A stretch of DNA of 64,000 nucleotides from Paraphysomonas bandaiensis (taxonomy: Eukaryota > Protista > Chrysophyceae), in NCBI GenBank assembly GCA_965644295.1, contig CBFFRP010000291.1, forward strand, positions 124,001-188,000. The letters run 5' to 3'. The notes under the pieces are model-generated. The model was given only the letters and a program-made list of their open reading frames with translations, did not search any database and was not told the origin of the DNA. Positions 24,701 to 38,584 of this stretch are shown one piece after another (the first letter of the stretch is position 1; the number at the start of each line of letters is the position of its first letter). The position numbers and the translations under genes were made by a program.

Positions 24701-27700
24701 ACGACGGAGGAATAGCCTGAAGTGAAGATACTTTCAATCCAGCTGTTAACACAGCTTCCATTTGGCATGACCCGACAGCGACACTCACACAAGAACCTAT
24801 GCTGTTGTCAATAATCTCCTTTAACTTATCCGCAATCTCATCCCTGCAGCTCTCACGAAAATTTCTAGCATTGTATATCCGTATACATTTTGTTTTAGCA
24901 TCATATACGCAAACAGACCAGTAATACTCTTTTCGATTTATCTGCTGTCTGTGCCATATTTTGAAACTTTGTGCGATATGGATTCCGACATTGTGTCTTT
25001 CGTATACAATTTCACAAATAGGGTTATTATCCGTACAAGCACTGTGGACCGGGTGAAGACGGTCGCATATATACTCACCAGATGGAAGCTGGGTAACAGA
25101 CAGCGCCACAAAAGTCCTGTAGGGTTCACTTCGTACTTTTTGTAAAAACGTGGAGGAGTTTACAATCCGTGCTCTCATGTCCACTTTAGCAAGGCGAACA
25201 CCGTCAGGGGGATATTCTGGTACCAACACCTCTCCACTTTGATCAGAAAAATACCTTCCTAAACATATCGAGACTGCATAAATATCGTCGATTTCTTTTG
25301 CGTTCTCCTTCTGATCTATTCTGGCCTTCCGTACAATATCTTCCACCGAATGTGAGGTAGACAACACGAAGTCAAGGACTTTGTTGTTAAGGCCTTCCTT
25401 TAAACTGTACTTTACCCTGCAAGGACGACAGCCTTTGACTCGTGAACATTTTCGTTTACAATTAAGACAGTGACTATCTTTGTCACATGCCCCGGCTTGA
25501 TACCATTCCTGAAAGGCACACGCCATAAAAAGTAGATCGGAGTCGTAATTACTCGCTCGAAGAGCCACTCTGCGACGAGCCTCCTCCTTAGCCGCCTTGG
25601 TAGTTCCCCCCATAAAAAAAATATTACCTGGAGCGGATAGTACTGATGCTATAACTGTTGCCAACTTAAGTTTGTCGTAATCACGGTAGCATGCAACAAC
25701 AAAAGCACTGAGACGAGGGTCGAATGGAAGATCAGAAAATAATCGACCTAATTTTGTAGTGGAGTATTCCTTGTTAGTACCCTTTAGGGATCGATTCCAG
25801 CAGATGCATTCCACGCCTTCCAGAAGTCCAATTGAGGAGCTCATTGCTTCTTCTGATGGGGCGGTAATGAAAGGAAAGAGACGGGGATTGTAACCTAATC
25901 GAATAAGTTGGAGGATGACAGAATCAAGCGAGGCCCTAGTAATCTCCGGCTCCATGGTATCTCGCACCAAGTCACAGTCCGCATATAATCGTATACAATG
26001 TCCCGCGCATATACGTCCAGCACGTCCCTTGCGCTGGTCAGCAGATGAACGCGAGATGCGCACGAGTTCAATTACTTCTAGACGGCGGGCCTGATCGTAT
26101 CTTACTTCTTTAGCTAATCCGACATCGATCACAACCGTAACACCTGGGATGGTAAGACTCGTTTCGGCGACATTCGTAGAGAATACGACCATGCGCTTTT
26201 CTTGGTTGGCGGGATCACTGTCAAACAACAGAATGCGATCTTGCTCTTCTGGGGGCAGCGATCCAAAAAGTGGGAAAAGAACAAGTTGTGAGAGATCTGG
26301 GGCGGTAAATGCGAATTCTTTGATAGCCTGTTCTATCTCCGCCTGACCTGGAAGAAACACTAGGACATGACCATTTGTGTGTTCCTCCAAAGCTTCAATC
26401 GTAGCAGGAACCACGTGCTTAGAAATGAGACTTCGAGATGAGATTGATATAGAGGACGAAGGCGGTTTATATTCAAGGGAAACAGGAAAAACACGGCCTG
26501 GAACATCCAGGCTACCTTGTTGGTGTGACCCAAAGAAATCCAAAAATGGTTTTGGATCTATGGTTGCTGACGCTATAACCACGTAAAAGTCGTTTGGACG
26601 CAACGAGCGGATGAGCTTGGCAATACCCAGTACAATGTCTGTGTTGAGGTTGCGCTCGTGTGCTTCGTCAATTATTAGCACCTAATGAAAATGGAAGCAT
26701 GCAATAACATAATAATTGTCGATAGTATTTACAAGGGATATACCTTGATTGATGAGAGCTGACTATCAGCTTGCGACATTTTTACGAGGGCAGCATCAGT
26801 CATTAGCATGATCTCACGCCCTTCAACAGCATTGCCTTTTCCTCCAACGCGGTAGCCAACGTTTCCTCCGACTGAGGTACCGTCATATTCCATACTAATT
26901 CGCTTTGCAATAGAAATAGCAGCCATTACTCGCGGCTGCGTGCATGCTACAATGCCTCCAAAGTACTCCGCGCAATACTGAGGAATCTGAGTAGTTTTGC
27001 CTATATCAAACATGTCATTAAAATTCTATAGCTCTGGCTTATATACTTACCTGAGCCTGTTGCTGCGGTGACCACAACAACTCTTTCTTCCTGAAGACGT
27101 CTACATATCTCCTCTTTCTTAACAAATATTGGCAAAGATGCGGTAACTCTGTCAGCAGTGCGTTGTGTAAGTGACTTGGATGGAGGTACAGCGTTTGATG
27201 AAGCAGGAGCCAGACTGGGGTTCCATCCCATTGGGTGGATGAAGTCACAGTTTGCATTGATACAATCAGAGCGCAATGAGCAGATAGGTGCTCGACCTGG
27301 TGGATGTATACTAGTGCAGTCATATTCAATGCAGTAGACGCCTTCACCACACGCACTCCAACCCGATGGGTGAAGAAACAAGCATTCCTTATTCCAGCAA
27401 AACTGTAGTGATATACATGGTTTACGTCGACTGTACGGGTGATTGGCCTGACATTCAAACTCTATACAATCCTCCCCATCTATACAAGCTATTCGTGATG
27501 GTGGATGTTGATATTGGCATTCAATATCCCAGCATTTCGTACCATATCGACATGGTGCATTTATTTTAAATGAATCCGTGGTCAAGGAAGAAGTCACAGA
27601 ATGGTCGTCGTCATCATTCCATGAGATTTCTGCATCAACAATATCCTGAGCATCTAGATTTACCTTCCTATTGGCCCAGGGATGACCGAATAAGCAGTCC

Positions 27701-28665
27701 GATGCAGGGGTTGGTTGACATGATGGCTTCGTACAATCACAGTGACTGAAGGAACACTCCGAAGCACTTCGCGGACATGATCCTGTACGATAATCTCGAC
27801 ATAGAGGGGGCGTCTTTTTGGCGCTGCCACTGCGGTTCGTACTTTGTGATGCTTGTGACGAAGAATCATAGGATGCCATATTACGAACATTGGAGTGAGA
27901 TGTACGTGAAGGAGATGAGATATTCGATGAAGCCGTGGATATTTTCCTATTGGCCCAGGGATGACCGAATAAGCAGTCCGATGCAGGGGTTGGTTGACAT
28001 GCTGCTTTCGTACAATCACAGTGACTGAAGGAACACTCCGAAGCACTTCGCGGACATGATCCTGTACGATAATCCCGACATAGAGGGGGCGTCTTTTTGG
28101 CGCTGCCACTGCGGTTTGTACTTTGTGATGCTTGTGACGAAGAATCATAGGATGCCATATTACGAACATTGGAGTGAGATGTACGTGAAGGAGATGAGAT
28201 ATTCGATGAAGCCGTGGTTATTTTCCTATTAGCCCAGGGATGACCGAATAAGCAGTCCGATGCAGGGGTTGGTTGACATGCTGCTTTCGTACAATCACAG
28301 TGACTGAAGGAACACTCCGAAGCACTTCGCGGACATGATCCTGTACGATAATCCCGACATAGAGGGGGCGTCTTTTTGGCGCTGCCACTGCGGTTTGTAC
28401 TTTGTGATGCTTGTGACGAAGAATCATAGGATGCCATATTACGAACATTGGAGTGAGATGTACGTGAAGGAGATGAGATATTCGATGAAGCCGTGGTTAT
28501 TTTCCTATTAGCCCAGGGATGACCGAATAAGCAGTCCGATGCAGGGGTTGGTTGACATGCTGCTTTCGTACAATCACAGTGACTGAAGGAACACTCCGAA
28601 GCACTTCGCCGGCATGATCCTGTACGATAATCTCGACATAGAGGGGGTTTCTTTCCAGACTTCAT
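21702..28665 (-). CDS. Giant multidomain protein: CCCH-ZnF array, DEAH helicase, RRM/KH-like, RING-IBR, PARP-like ART, 2x WWE (~2283 aa)
   Basis: Exons 28665-27051, 27000-26744 and 26681-21702 join in frame via 50- and 62-nt GT-AG introns (6852 nt). Helicase motifs ATGSGKTT, CTQPR, DEAH, SAT, LVFLPG, STNVAETSLTIPG, QRKGRAGR; RING at 23228-23103; IBR; ART motifs WHGT…I…GFD…YGPGEYF; two WWE-like repeats ending YEINF/YEIDF…QTN….R. Confidence 0.9.
27663..28647 (-). repeat. Coding tandem repeat, ~3.5 x 279 bp (93 aa; two CCCH fingers per unit)
   Basis: PPLCRDYRTGSC…CSFSHCDCTKAAC…CLFGHPWANRK recurs every 279 bp with only a few substitutions between units. Confidence 0.95.
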
Positions 28666-29962
28666 ATTTATGATATGAATGTCTGAATATAATACGCAGA
28701 TACACTGATGAAGTTATGAAGTGCAGTGTACACACTGATGAAGTTATGAAGTGCAGATATACACACTTATGAAGTGATATGGACTGAAGTGAGGGTCTAA
28801 TCTCAGTATATGTATGTTGGAGGACAAGAAATATGCATTGCTGCATAAAGTGCTGGTCCAGTGTGAGAAAATATCCTGCATATGGCCTTATTTTTCAGTC
28901 ATCATGTCCAATGGCTAGATATCCGGATATCATATATCCGATTCCAGAAATATACAATTTTGGTCTGTATTTTCAGATATAAACACGCATTTTTATAGCG
29001 ATTTTAACTAGAAAACCTAATAATACTGAATTTCTAGCTAAATGAGAGAATTCTAAGCATGCAATGGAATGGTGTTTTAACCCACAGAGAAACAGATCAG
29101 ACTAGAACAGCATGAGGTACATCAACATCTCTACCAATTTTTAGAAAGGTTAAGCTATGGCTTAATGACAATTATTATCAGGATCCGCCCCGCTTTGCCA
29201 TAACATATACTTCTATCTAATGGGAGTAACAGGAAGCCACCGTATCGTTTTACTTTTACATTACCAAACTACGGATGAGAAGCTCTAACGCTTCTTCATG
29301 AATTTTTAAAACGTATATGACTTCAGTCCAACTGATATTACGTGCTATGATGGTTTCCAATGTTCATATTCTCGTGATGCTGATGAAAATACAGTGCTAC
29401 TGCCATACACAAGTTTTCTTTTGGTGATGAAGTAGGTATGTTACGTTGCTTGATTTTGAATTGTATGCGTATACGAAGCATGGTCGAGGCGGATATTCTC
29501 TAGATGAGTTATACTACATGCACTTAATTCGAATTAAGACTAAAGCATATGATTGATTTATGAAGATGCTGTAGTACTCAATGAGAAGTGTTATATGTTA
29601 TACAACAAACTAGTATCTAGTATCAGTTATGGGCATTGTATAAATCATCGCGCATTTGAGAATGCCGTGCATAAATTCTAATTTACTACAACGTCTAGTG
29701 ATACATGAGAGCTGTTTGATGCTTATTCGCTCAGCTTATAAATGATAAATGCAAAGATTATTTCAACGGTACTCTAATTAGAAATATGTAGCTCGACTCC
29801 CCTGGTAGCATTTCATTCGTCAACTATTCTAAGCGTAACCTTACTACGAATGCATCTATGCTTCAGGCCTAATATATATCACTAAAGCAGCGAAGCTAAT
29901 TTGATGTTATGGTGATTACTTGAACCCAATGCCTACAGAAGCCGATGTTGACGAAAGATATC

Positions 29963-30235
29963 TGCTCCATACTGAGCACGTACTTAGGTAGATCCGGGTG
30001 GGGTTCGGGTGGGTACCTAACTAATACTTGATTAAGTTCCTAATGATATTTGCTAGCTACCTAGTGAACCCAACTAACTACATCATTATCACACGGTATT
30101 CAGCGCTGAATATGCAGTGGGGAACCGCTGAACTAAGCAATGTGTACATAGGTAGAAGTGTGCGGTCGCAACACTCAGCAGCACCCACTAGAGGGCCGCA
30201 AGCAGTGATTAGTTTTACGCTGTCAGTATGGGGCA
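29963..30235 (+). mobile_element. MITE-like family B, copy 1
   Basis: TIR TGCTCCATACTGA…TCAGTATGGGGCA; homologous to 63669-63952 (+) and 45715-45936 (-). Confidence 0.7.
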
Positions 30236-30398
30236 AAATCTGCCGTATAAAAATATTCAAAACAATGGATTCGTTACGATTCAACAATGTTACTTTAAAA
30301 CATACACAACTTCAAAAGCGCTAACATTTAGTCATTAGCAGATTCAATGTCGAAACATAGCAGTGTGTCTCATCATGGATATGACTCGGTAGGTTTCT

Positions 30399-31314
30399 TT
30401 ACTTCGTGGTGTAATATATAACAAATCCGATAGCTCCAATCAATATCAGTGCAATAAACACAAGGATAAATTTTTGCTGCACCTCTCTCTTACTCATGGA
30501 ATGGATAAGACGACGAGCCGTATCAGTCATACCAGCAAATTCGTGCACCTGCAACATTGGCAGTCAGAAAATCTTTTAAGAAACTATCATCGTATTTACA
30601 GACCTTGCCTTGTGCAGATTCGATTTTTTCTCTGTTTCGTCCAAGCTCCTGTGTGATCTCAAGAGCTACATCTTCCGTCTCTGCTACAGAGCGCTGAGCG
30701 TTCATGATGGTTTCGTTCTGTCTATTCAACTTTTCGTTCGCACTGACGTAACGACTTCGATCGGCAGCACTCTTGTCTCCGACTAGACTAGCTCGCTGAG
30801 CCTCCATGCGCGCCTTCTCAAAATCGGACCTCAAAGACGCCAGAGACTTCTTGTACTGCGCAATCTTATCACTCAAAACCTTTCTCGTGGCTGCATCGTG
30901 ACTGCGGATCTCCACTTCCATCTGCTTCACGAGATCTCCAGCTTGAATTAGAAGGGCATCCACATGCTTCACCAAATTCGATGATTTTTCTATTAAATAG
31001 AAAAAGTAAAACATAACAAACATGCACAGTTGAAAGGTGATATGTCTCTCTCATTACAGCATGCGTGACTGAAGGTATTATGTAGAAATCACTCTTATAC
31101 TAATTCGTGATCCACATACATATGTAACTATACATACATGCCATATTAATACAGCACATATACGACTACACATATATATACTGTTATATCACACGCTATC
31201 TGCTACTTATTACATACCTGCATTCGAGCTATAACTCCTGAATTCACTAATATTTTTACTAATATCTTGACTCAATGCACTAAACTCCGAATCATACGCT
31301 TCAAATATGCTCAT
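30399..31314 (-). CDS. VTI1: Vti1-type Qb-SNARE
   Basis: MSIFEAYDSEFSALS… Habc domain, A.DLVKQMEVEIRS, SNARE motif AQRSVAETEDVALEITQELGRNREKI and a C-terminal TM helix; three exons. Confidence 0.88.
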
Positions 31315-32277
31315 AGTTCCTTTCTAATTCCTTTACTACTACAGGACACTTCACTTCCTGTAAATATCTCTAGCAATAAACAATACACAAGGAATAGTAC
31401 ACAAATAGGCCCAATACTGTGCATATGTGTGCATGTGGATGTGTATATGTGTATAGGTTGGTATGAATCATACTATAGGAGTACTGCTGTAGTTCGCCTG
31501 CAGTACTGGATGATATGCATCTTTTTGATTTTCGATCTGAGTATCTTCAAAAGACAATTCAGTTTTTGAGTACTACGACACCTAACATATACCTGTACAT
31601 ATGTACACAGATATGGCATCTAGGTATGATATCCAGATATAAGATCATGGGACCGATACCTCACTCACTCATTTAGTTCTTACAGTATGGCATACAGAGT
31701 AGGAAGATAATCCTTGTGATTACATGCTGTAGTTAGGTGTTCTATACAATGCATTCACACCACTGCATCAGCAACTGCTTCAGTCTCCGATAAGTTTCTA
31801 TTTCTCATCATTGCACAGTTCCTCATTAATTATATACAAGCTAGAAACAGAAACGATGCGTCTCTGGGATAATCATTAAAGCTCATCTGTTATTCTCATG
31901 TTAACAGTTAAAAATTGTGCATTCTCATATTAATAAGCCATGGCATAGAGTTGAACGGTATAGCAGTCACTCACCAGCCATGTAGAACACTGTGAATGAT
32001 AATTGGCGTTTTTTTGTAGAAACTTCAAGACTGAATACTCCAAACATATATGTTGACTGTTTTTCTCTCGACGCTGTTGTCTAGTATGTGCTAATTACAT
32101 TTAACTGTTTCAGGGAAAGTTTCTATCGATGATCACAGGATATTATCCTAATAAAGTGCAACACAATGCCTATTAGACAACGGATGACACTCCTTGTACA
32201 TTTATCACCAATTAATTTAAAAAACCTGTAAAGTCAGCAGATATCAGGTACATCAGCATTCTGCTTGCTCACTGCGT

Positions 32278-32457
32278 GTGGTTGCACCTTGGTGCTTGCA
32301 GATACGCACAAGCAGCCTCCGTAGCCTTAAATAGTAGGATAATAGGGTTTGTACTAGTCAGTTACAGGGAGATGTCTATCTAGCTTGACAAGTTTTGTTC
32401 TAGATACTAAACTGGTGCTGGTTCTTAATGCCTATTGCTAATAATGAAATTTTCAAT
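32278..32457 (+). mobile_element. 3' end fragment of the same non-LTR retroelement family
   Basis: GTGGTTGCACCTTGGTGCTTGC…AAATAGTAGGATAATAG…GCCTATTGCTAATAA…TTCAAT matches the 3' ends of the other copies. Confidence 0.7.
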
Positions 32458-32763
32458 ATATAAGGTGTTTAGGTGTCATTCGCTTGCGAAAATCAGTCAT
32501 AACAATCTTAGCTTTGCTATAAACAACCTCTCACAAACATTGGAAGTGCATTTTTGCTTCTTGAAACGATATCGTATTGGCAGTTTGATTCGTGCTTTTT
32601 TGCGCTTTCTGTTGTCTTTAAGTAAACTAATGACCTCTTCTTCTTCCTCATCTTTCTCTTCATCGAGTTCACTTTCGTGTATAGCTAATATTTCGATTGT
32701 ATAGCTATTTGTAGCTTGTTTGCTGTAAGAAGTCAGAAGAAATACTTGTTTCCTCATAAACAT
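32458..32763 (-). pseudogene. hAT transposase C-terminal (dimerisation domain) remnant
   Basis: With one frameshift it reads TSNVCERLF-SKAKIVMTDFRKRMTPKHL, the hAT dimerisation motif; it is truncated at the retroelement junction. Confidence 0.65.
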
Positions 32764-33367
32764 TATGAAAGAAAATGAAAACTCGTAAGTTTCTAATCAA
32801 ATCAATGATATGTTTACTGTTGTGTGCTTAGGGAATTGACGGAATAGCAACTGCGAGGTGTTCAGCATTCAACTAGCTGCCCTAAATTTAAGACCTGAAA
32901 ATACAGCTCTTAATTGCTTGCTAATATGCTAAACTCGACGATTTTATCTTGCCACGCCAAGGGAAATGAACAAAAATAATAATGGCATTGTACTTTGCGA
33001 AATGGAATCAGCGGTGTTGCTCTTGGGCACAAGCATCAAGTCTATTAAGGTGTTGCAATTACTATTTACTTACTATTGGCGTACATTCTTACATCACTAC
33101 GCAATGTTTCAACCTAGTTACCCAGTATATCTAAATGCCACGCTAACAACTATCTACGATACCACAGCTACTTTATCCGAACGATATATGTCGTACATAG
33201 ACATATAGTACCGTGTTAGGCTGCCATTCCATGAGCATACCACAGTGAAATTAACAGTCATTTGTATAAGAGGGAATACTATTTAAGCTCAGACAACTTG
33301 TTGTAGCAAAAATAGTAATGACTATCTCTCCAATACTCCATATGTCGCTCAAAATATAAGCCAGCTT

Positions 33368-36083
33368 TTAGGCCTTGCCCCGGCGAACAACCTGAGGCAC
33401 AATACAGTAACTAGTCAGTTCGCGAATTGTGATATTACATTGCACTGCAATATTTAGCAAGAAGTAATGACGTACATCCAGAAACGACATCTTTCCCCCC
33501 CATGATTTTCCTTCAGATATCTCGCTTGGTGCGCTGCCAACAACAGATTCCTCTGGAGGTGCAGTTTCACCCGTCACTGGAGTCATCGGTGTCAATAATA
33601 CGTCCGATGAAGTCGTAGGTTCCTCTTGGGATGCCTCCTGATGGCATGGTGAGGGGGCAGACATCGGGAGCTGATTTGCATCATGTGGACCTACTTCACA
33701 TGTCAAAACAAAATACGATACTAAATACAGTGACGAATATCTGATCATAGTACATCAGGAAAGCCTCTGTACCTTCTTGCTCTGTGGCGCTGCTGCCACG
33801 TCTAGCCTTTGTTTCCAACCCCTCAGAGGTCACTTGTGCAGAAGGCTTCAGCCCTTCGTCGGCATCATCTACTTTATTTGTTGTCACGGGCGGTGGTGCT
33901 GATGCTGCTATGGGACAGTTCGCACACGCTGTGTCGGGTTGATCACTATCAGCGTGCGGCACTGAAGTGTCAGCTCCTTCACATAGAGGATGTGCGATAG
34001 TCTCAGAGTTTACTTCACCGGAAGCACCCTCTGACGTACTGTCATTTTCAATATCCGATGGTGGTGCCTTCATAATAGCAGCAGCCCAAGATACCCCTGA
34101 ATATCATCATGAGGCCAGATGTAACTACATAAGAACTACTGATACCTGCACCACCCATTTGTGTATGTGCTGCTCCAAATGTCGCGCTCTCAGTACGCTG
34201 TACATTGGCAAAATTAGCGTTATCATGTAAGTACATTAGATATACCAGAGAGGGGAAGTCTGATTCGAGATTGAACTGCGGTTCCGGTTTATTAGTGGAC
34301 GACTTGTTGGGACGATTGCTACCCCTCCCACCCTTTTCTTTTCCCCTTCCCTTTGACTCCCTACCCCCTCCATCATCTTTTCCTTTATGCCCATCCACCC
34401 GGCGTCGATCTGACCCCTCCGACTGTGCGCGTTGTCTATCTTCCCCATCACGCCCTCTATCTTTCTTTTTGCTTTTCGGGTTCTTCTTCTTACTTCCTCG
34501 ATCCCTTGGTGAGCCTTTGCTCATTTCGTCTTTATTGGACCACTGACCCTCAGACCCTCCTCTGTGGCGAGCCCCATTCTCTGGCCGAGGAGAAGGCTGC
34601 ATCATCGGAGGAGCCACTTGTCGTCCAGATTCATCTAACATCATAGGGGGGTAGAGAAGTGGTGGATAACCCATGGGACCCGGCATCATCCCATAAGGAG
34701 GCGGTAATCCAAACATCGGGTAAGGGGCAGGCTGCTGCTGGAATTGTTGAGCGTACATGTTACGCGGGGATGACACTTTGCCACTCGGCTGACCCATGGA
34801 TGAGTTCCACCCAGAACCACGACCATAGGAGTTTCGTGGAGAGCCTTTTTTACCCTTACCCCTTCCACCTGAGCCGGTAGAGTTGGGGTTGGGAGGAAGT
34901 GGGTGCATCGGCATCGACATAGGTTGCATCGGGCCCCAACTGCCCATATACGGTGGGTTACCAGTTCCTTGAGGGGGCAATCCCATCAAGGGCATAGGAC
35001 TAGGGTACATATACATTGGTGTAGTGTATGGCGAGGGGCCACCCATTCCACCTGGAACGGAAGGGTGGCGAGGAGAAGGTGGAAGGGGACTAAGTCCACC
35101 CGCACCCGCACCCGGAGACGTCCGGGGGGCATTAACCGGTGAGCGGTCAGAAGAGGACGGCTGTGGGGTAGTCGTAACGTCTTCACGTGGACGAGAAGTG
35201 TTCTGTGCACTTCCTGTTGAAGCTCCTGGACCAGGCCTGTGGAAACTGTTAAAATATTACGATCGTTACACAGTACCAAGTGCTATCATTAACCACGAAT
35301 AGCACTCTATATTGCACGAACATACGTATAAAAGGACTTCGTTGTATACTCTGTCTTCAGTCTCGCCTTCACAGGTTGTCCACCCAACTTACTGTTCCGT
35401 ATGTTTATCAGTGCCACACGAGCATCCGCTTCGGTAGCAAATGTCACAAACCTATGAAACATTAGCAACTATACAAAAATATACAAACTTGACCATCAAC
35501 ACGGCGCATCTTACCATGTGCTGTTCATTTCACTCTTGCATCCCACGACAGGGGGGCATGCGACATCGGCAAAAACTTTGAGCACATCCACCTCGGTAAC
35601 GTTGCTGTCCACATCTCTCAGTATAATCGTGTGCTGCTCAGCTTTGATATTCGGTCGTACACATTCGTCTATTACTATAACGCTCTAAAAGTCTCTATTA
35701 AAATCGATTTACAATTCAATAAACTAATTTATATACATTTGAAGTGTCTAACGCTCGACGCACTATGTCGAGATCGGTGGTAATGCCTTTGACCTCGGGA
35801 GCCTACACATAAGTTATTTCACGCAACTTGAAACGATTAAAGTGAATAGCACCTCTGCTACGGCTTCGATAGGTATAGACATCGAAGAATTCATGTGAGA
35901 CTTAAGGTATTCGTTTGACTCTATGAATTCCTTGCTGAACATGCTCCTGAAGAGAGTGTGCAAGGTATCAATTTGATCTACGGATTTCATCTGTGACGAT
36001 TCATCAACAACATCAGATTTATTTTCCTATAATCAATTAGTTATTAAATGTCATATCAGATTGTTAGATTTTACCTCTTGCAT
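33368..36083 (-). CDS. LARP4: La-related protein 4-like (La motif + RRM + low-complexity tail)
   Basis: Spliced 5' exons give MFSKEFIESNEYLKSHMNSSMSIPI (La motif), then VRPNIKAEQHTIILRDV…CPPVVGCKSEMNSTW|FVTF…GQPVKARLKTE (LARP4 RRM), a Pro/Gly-rich region, FNLESDFPSL and C-terminal SFLDVVRR. Confidence 0.8.
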
Positions 36084-37015
36084 ATTTGGTTTCTCTATGT
36101 ATTAGTCGATCTGTTAGCTGTATACTATGTCAAGACAGTGTTCTATGATTGTAGATATATGCACAAATAAAATACAGTTCTATTAACTTTTTTTCAAAAT
36201 TAACTCATCAATATACACGTATGATTACAGAGTTATATTTGATTTTCTATAGTATGTTTGTATATATAGATTATAATGGTAAGTGTTTGATATGTTAAAC
36301 TTCTTCAAAGGAAAATATCTTCTAATTGATCCTAACCCTCTGTATAAATGATTCAATTATTTTCTCATATTATCAATATAGTTTAATGGATATATATATA
36401 ATTCCATTCTAATTGGGTTGATTTCTATGCTGATATATACATACATATGGACTGTATGTGTGTATATTGTGGGTTGTAGTGCCATATTTATATCATAAAA
36501 TTGATTCAGGACTTGAATGAGTACATGGAATCTTCACTGGTTTTTCAGTCCGAGAGTTTTTAAGTAGAGATAGGAAAAAAAGGCTGAATATGATAGATAT
36601 AAAAACTCTTGATTTTATTATGAAATGGTTGTTGAAATCGGTAGTTTTCACTTTGTTGTGTGATAATAGCAGAATCTTTCTACACCAAGGTCGTGTTGAA
36701 CCATAAAAGTCTAGTATTTAATACTAAAAATCCGGAAATCCTGGTGCAGCAGAACATACAGCAGTGTGTACCAGTATATGCCTATAGACTCTGCTATAGA
36801 TTCATATACATACTCTGATGTCATATTGTCATGATTGATATCAAAGGCATATATCTCCTCGTATATAGGTGTCAGTTAAGGGTGTTTTATGATAGTTGAA
36901 GGGCTGATCGACACCTGTATATATATGTAACCTACACTAGAGTATATACTGTACATATACAGCCTCTTAGCACTCTATAGCCAATCACAATTGATTGTAT
37001 TGAATTAACCTCGCT

Positions 37016-37657
37016 ATGCCAGCTATTTCTATTTGGAGTAATGACTATATTGCTGAGATTGAACGCCTCACTGTATCTGTTGGGGATTTATCAGCCGGAC
37101 GTAATGTAGCCTCAGCCTATGAGAGCTATCAGTCATCCCTCCATCGTGTTCAATCGATCAAGAAATCTATTGAGCTAGAGCTCAACATAATGCAAGACAA
37201 GAGGCTCAAAGAAGTGTACACGGAAAAGCTGAATAGATACAATGATACCGTACGTTCGCTGTGTGCTCAAGCGAAACCACTCATTACGACAGCGGAAAAG
37301 TCTTTGATATATGATTCCATTAGTTCTCGCCAACCCCACTCCAAAGCCTCAACTATTGAGGGTGTGACTTCACTTCAGGAACATACAGAGCAGTCGTTAG
37401 GTCGCACGATGGGGATGATCGAGTCCAGTAAAGCTGTAGGAGAGGCAACATTGGCAACTTTAGAGGAGCAGCGTCAACAGATTAAAACTGTCAATAGCAA
37501 AGTAACTTCGATAGATAGTAACCTCGTTCGTGCTGGAGATCTAGTTACCGATTATACTAGAAGGATTTCAAGTGACAGAATATTTCAGTTTTTTACTGTT
37601 GTAAATATACTTTTAGTTTGTGTTATTATTATATATATCTCGTTGGAAGATAAGTGA
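37016..37657 (+). CDS. Qb-SNARE, NPSN-like, intronless
   Basis: Helical N-terminus, SNARE motif SLGRTMGMIESSKAVGEATLATLEEQRQQI…IDSNLVRA…RRISSDR and a C-terminal TM helix. Confidence 0.8.
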   Translation: MPAISIWSNDYIAEIERLTVSVGDLSAGRNVASAYESYQSSLHRVQSIKKSIELELNIMQDKRLKEVYTEKLNRYNDTVRSLCAQAKPLITTAEKSLIYDSISSRQPHSKASTIEGVTSLQEHTEQSLGRTMGMIESSKAVGEATLATLEEQRQQIKTVNSKVTSIDSNLVRAGDLVTDYTRRISSDRIFQFFTVVNILLVCVIIIYISLEDK

Positions 37658-38584
37658 GTCATAATCAGCATTGTATATCCTTTACTGTGGCGCTACAAGT
37701 CAAATGTTAGACCTCTTTTGACAAGTGGCCTCGTTTATCAATGCTTACCGATGTAGCTTGCAATTATAGACGCTGTCTACTATCTATTAAGTTAAAGCAC
37801 ACAAAATATTGTTTGAACAGACACACCTCATGCGAAACGCTCTGACATACTATTCATAATTAATTCAGAAAGTATGTAAACAGAAACAAGATACTATTAA
37901 CTTAACTTGTTCGATAGTGCAGTATTGACTGATTATGTTAAGAGAGATATAGTGAAATTATGATGTTGTAGCACTGTGATTTATAAACATGTCAATCACC
38001 AACATCAACATTCTGTTCTACAAACTATATTTTTAGTTTCTTTGTATACTTGTAATAGCTACTCCTATAGTGTAGTGTGTAGTAATGTATACTATGTATT
38101 TTATTGCTACATAGAATACAGGATAGCTACTAACTGAACTAAAATATATATTATGCAGGTGCTTCTACTAAAATGGCAATAGAGCTGTATTGAATTTTAA
38201 TAGAATTGATAACATTTTAACCAATTAGTAGGAATAGTCTCAGCTCGCATTTTAATTTAATAGGAACGTCCGCAAAATTTAAGATACTCTTTTTTTAGGA
38301 ACTAGGAACGTCGGATAAATTTAGTATGGACAAATATATTTCCGTGTTTATTGTTTATGGTATTTACCTACCCTTCAATTAATAAACGCAGATATTGAAC
38401 TGATTATTCAAAATTTCCGAACAAACAGGCATCCGAAAATGGGCCCGTCTCAAAAGAATCCGGGGTATTAGGCTGTCTGCTGAAGTCAAGCATCCGGGAT
38501 GTTCACCTTAAGGACTCAAGAATCCTGAAGTTAGCAGAGATACCAGGTATATCAACATTGTGCTCGCTCACTGCGTTTGTTTTT

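Noticed and set aside
29780-29812. tRNA T-arm-like GCTCGACTCCCC
   Set aside because: No D arm, anticodon arm or acceptor stem can be formed.
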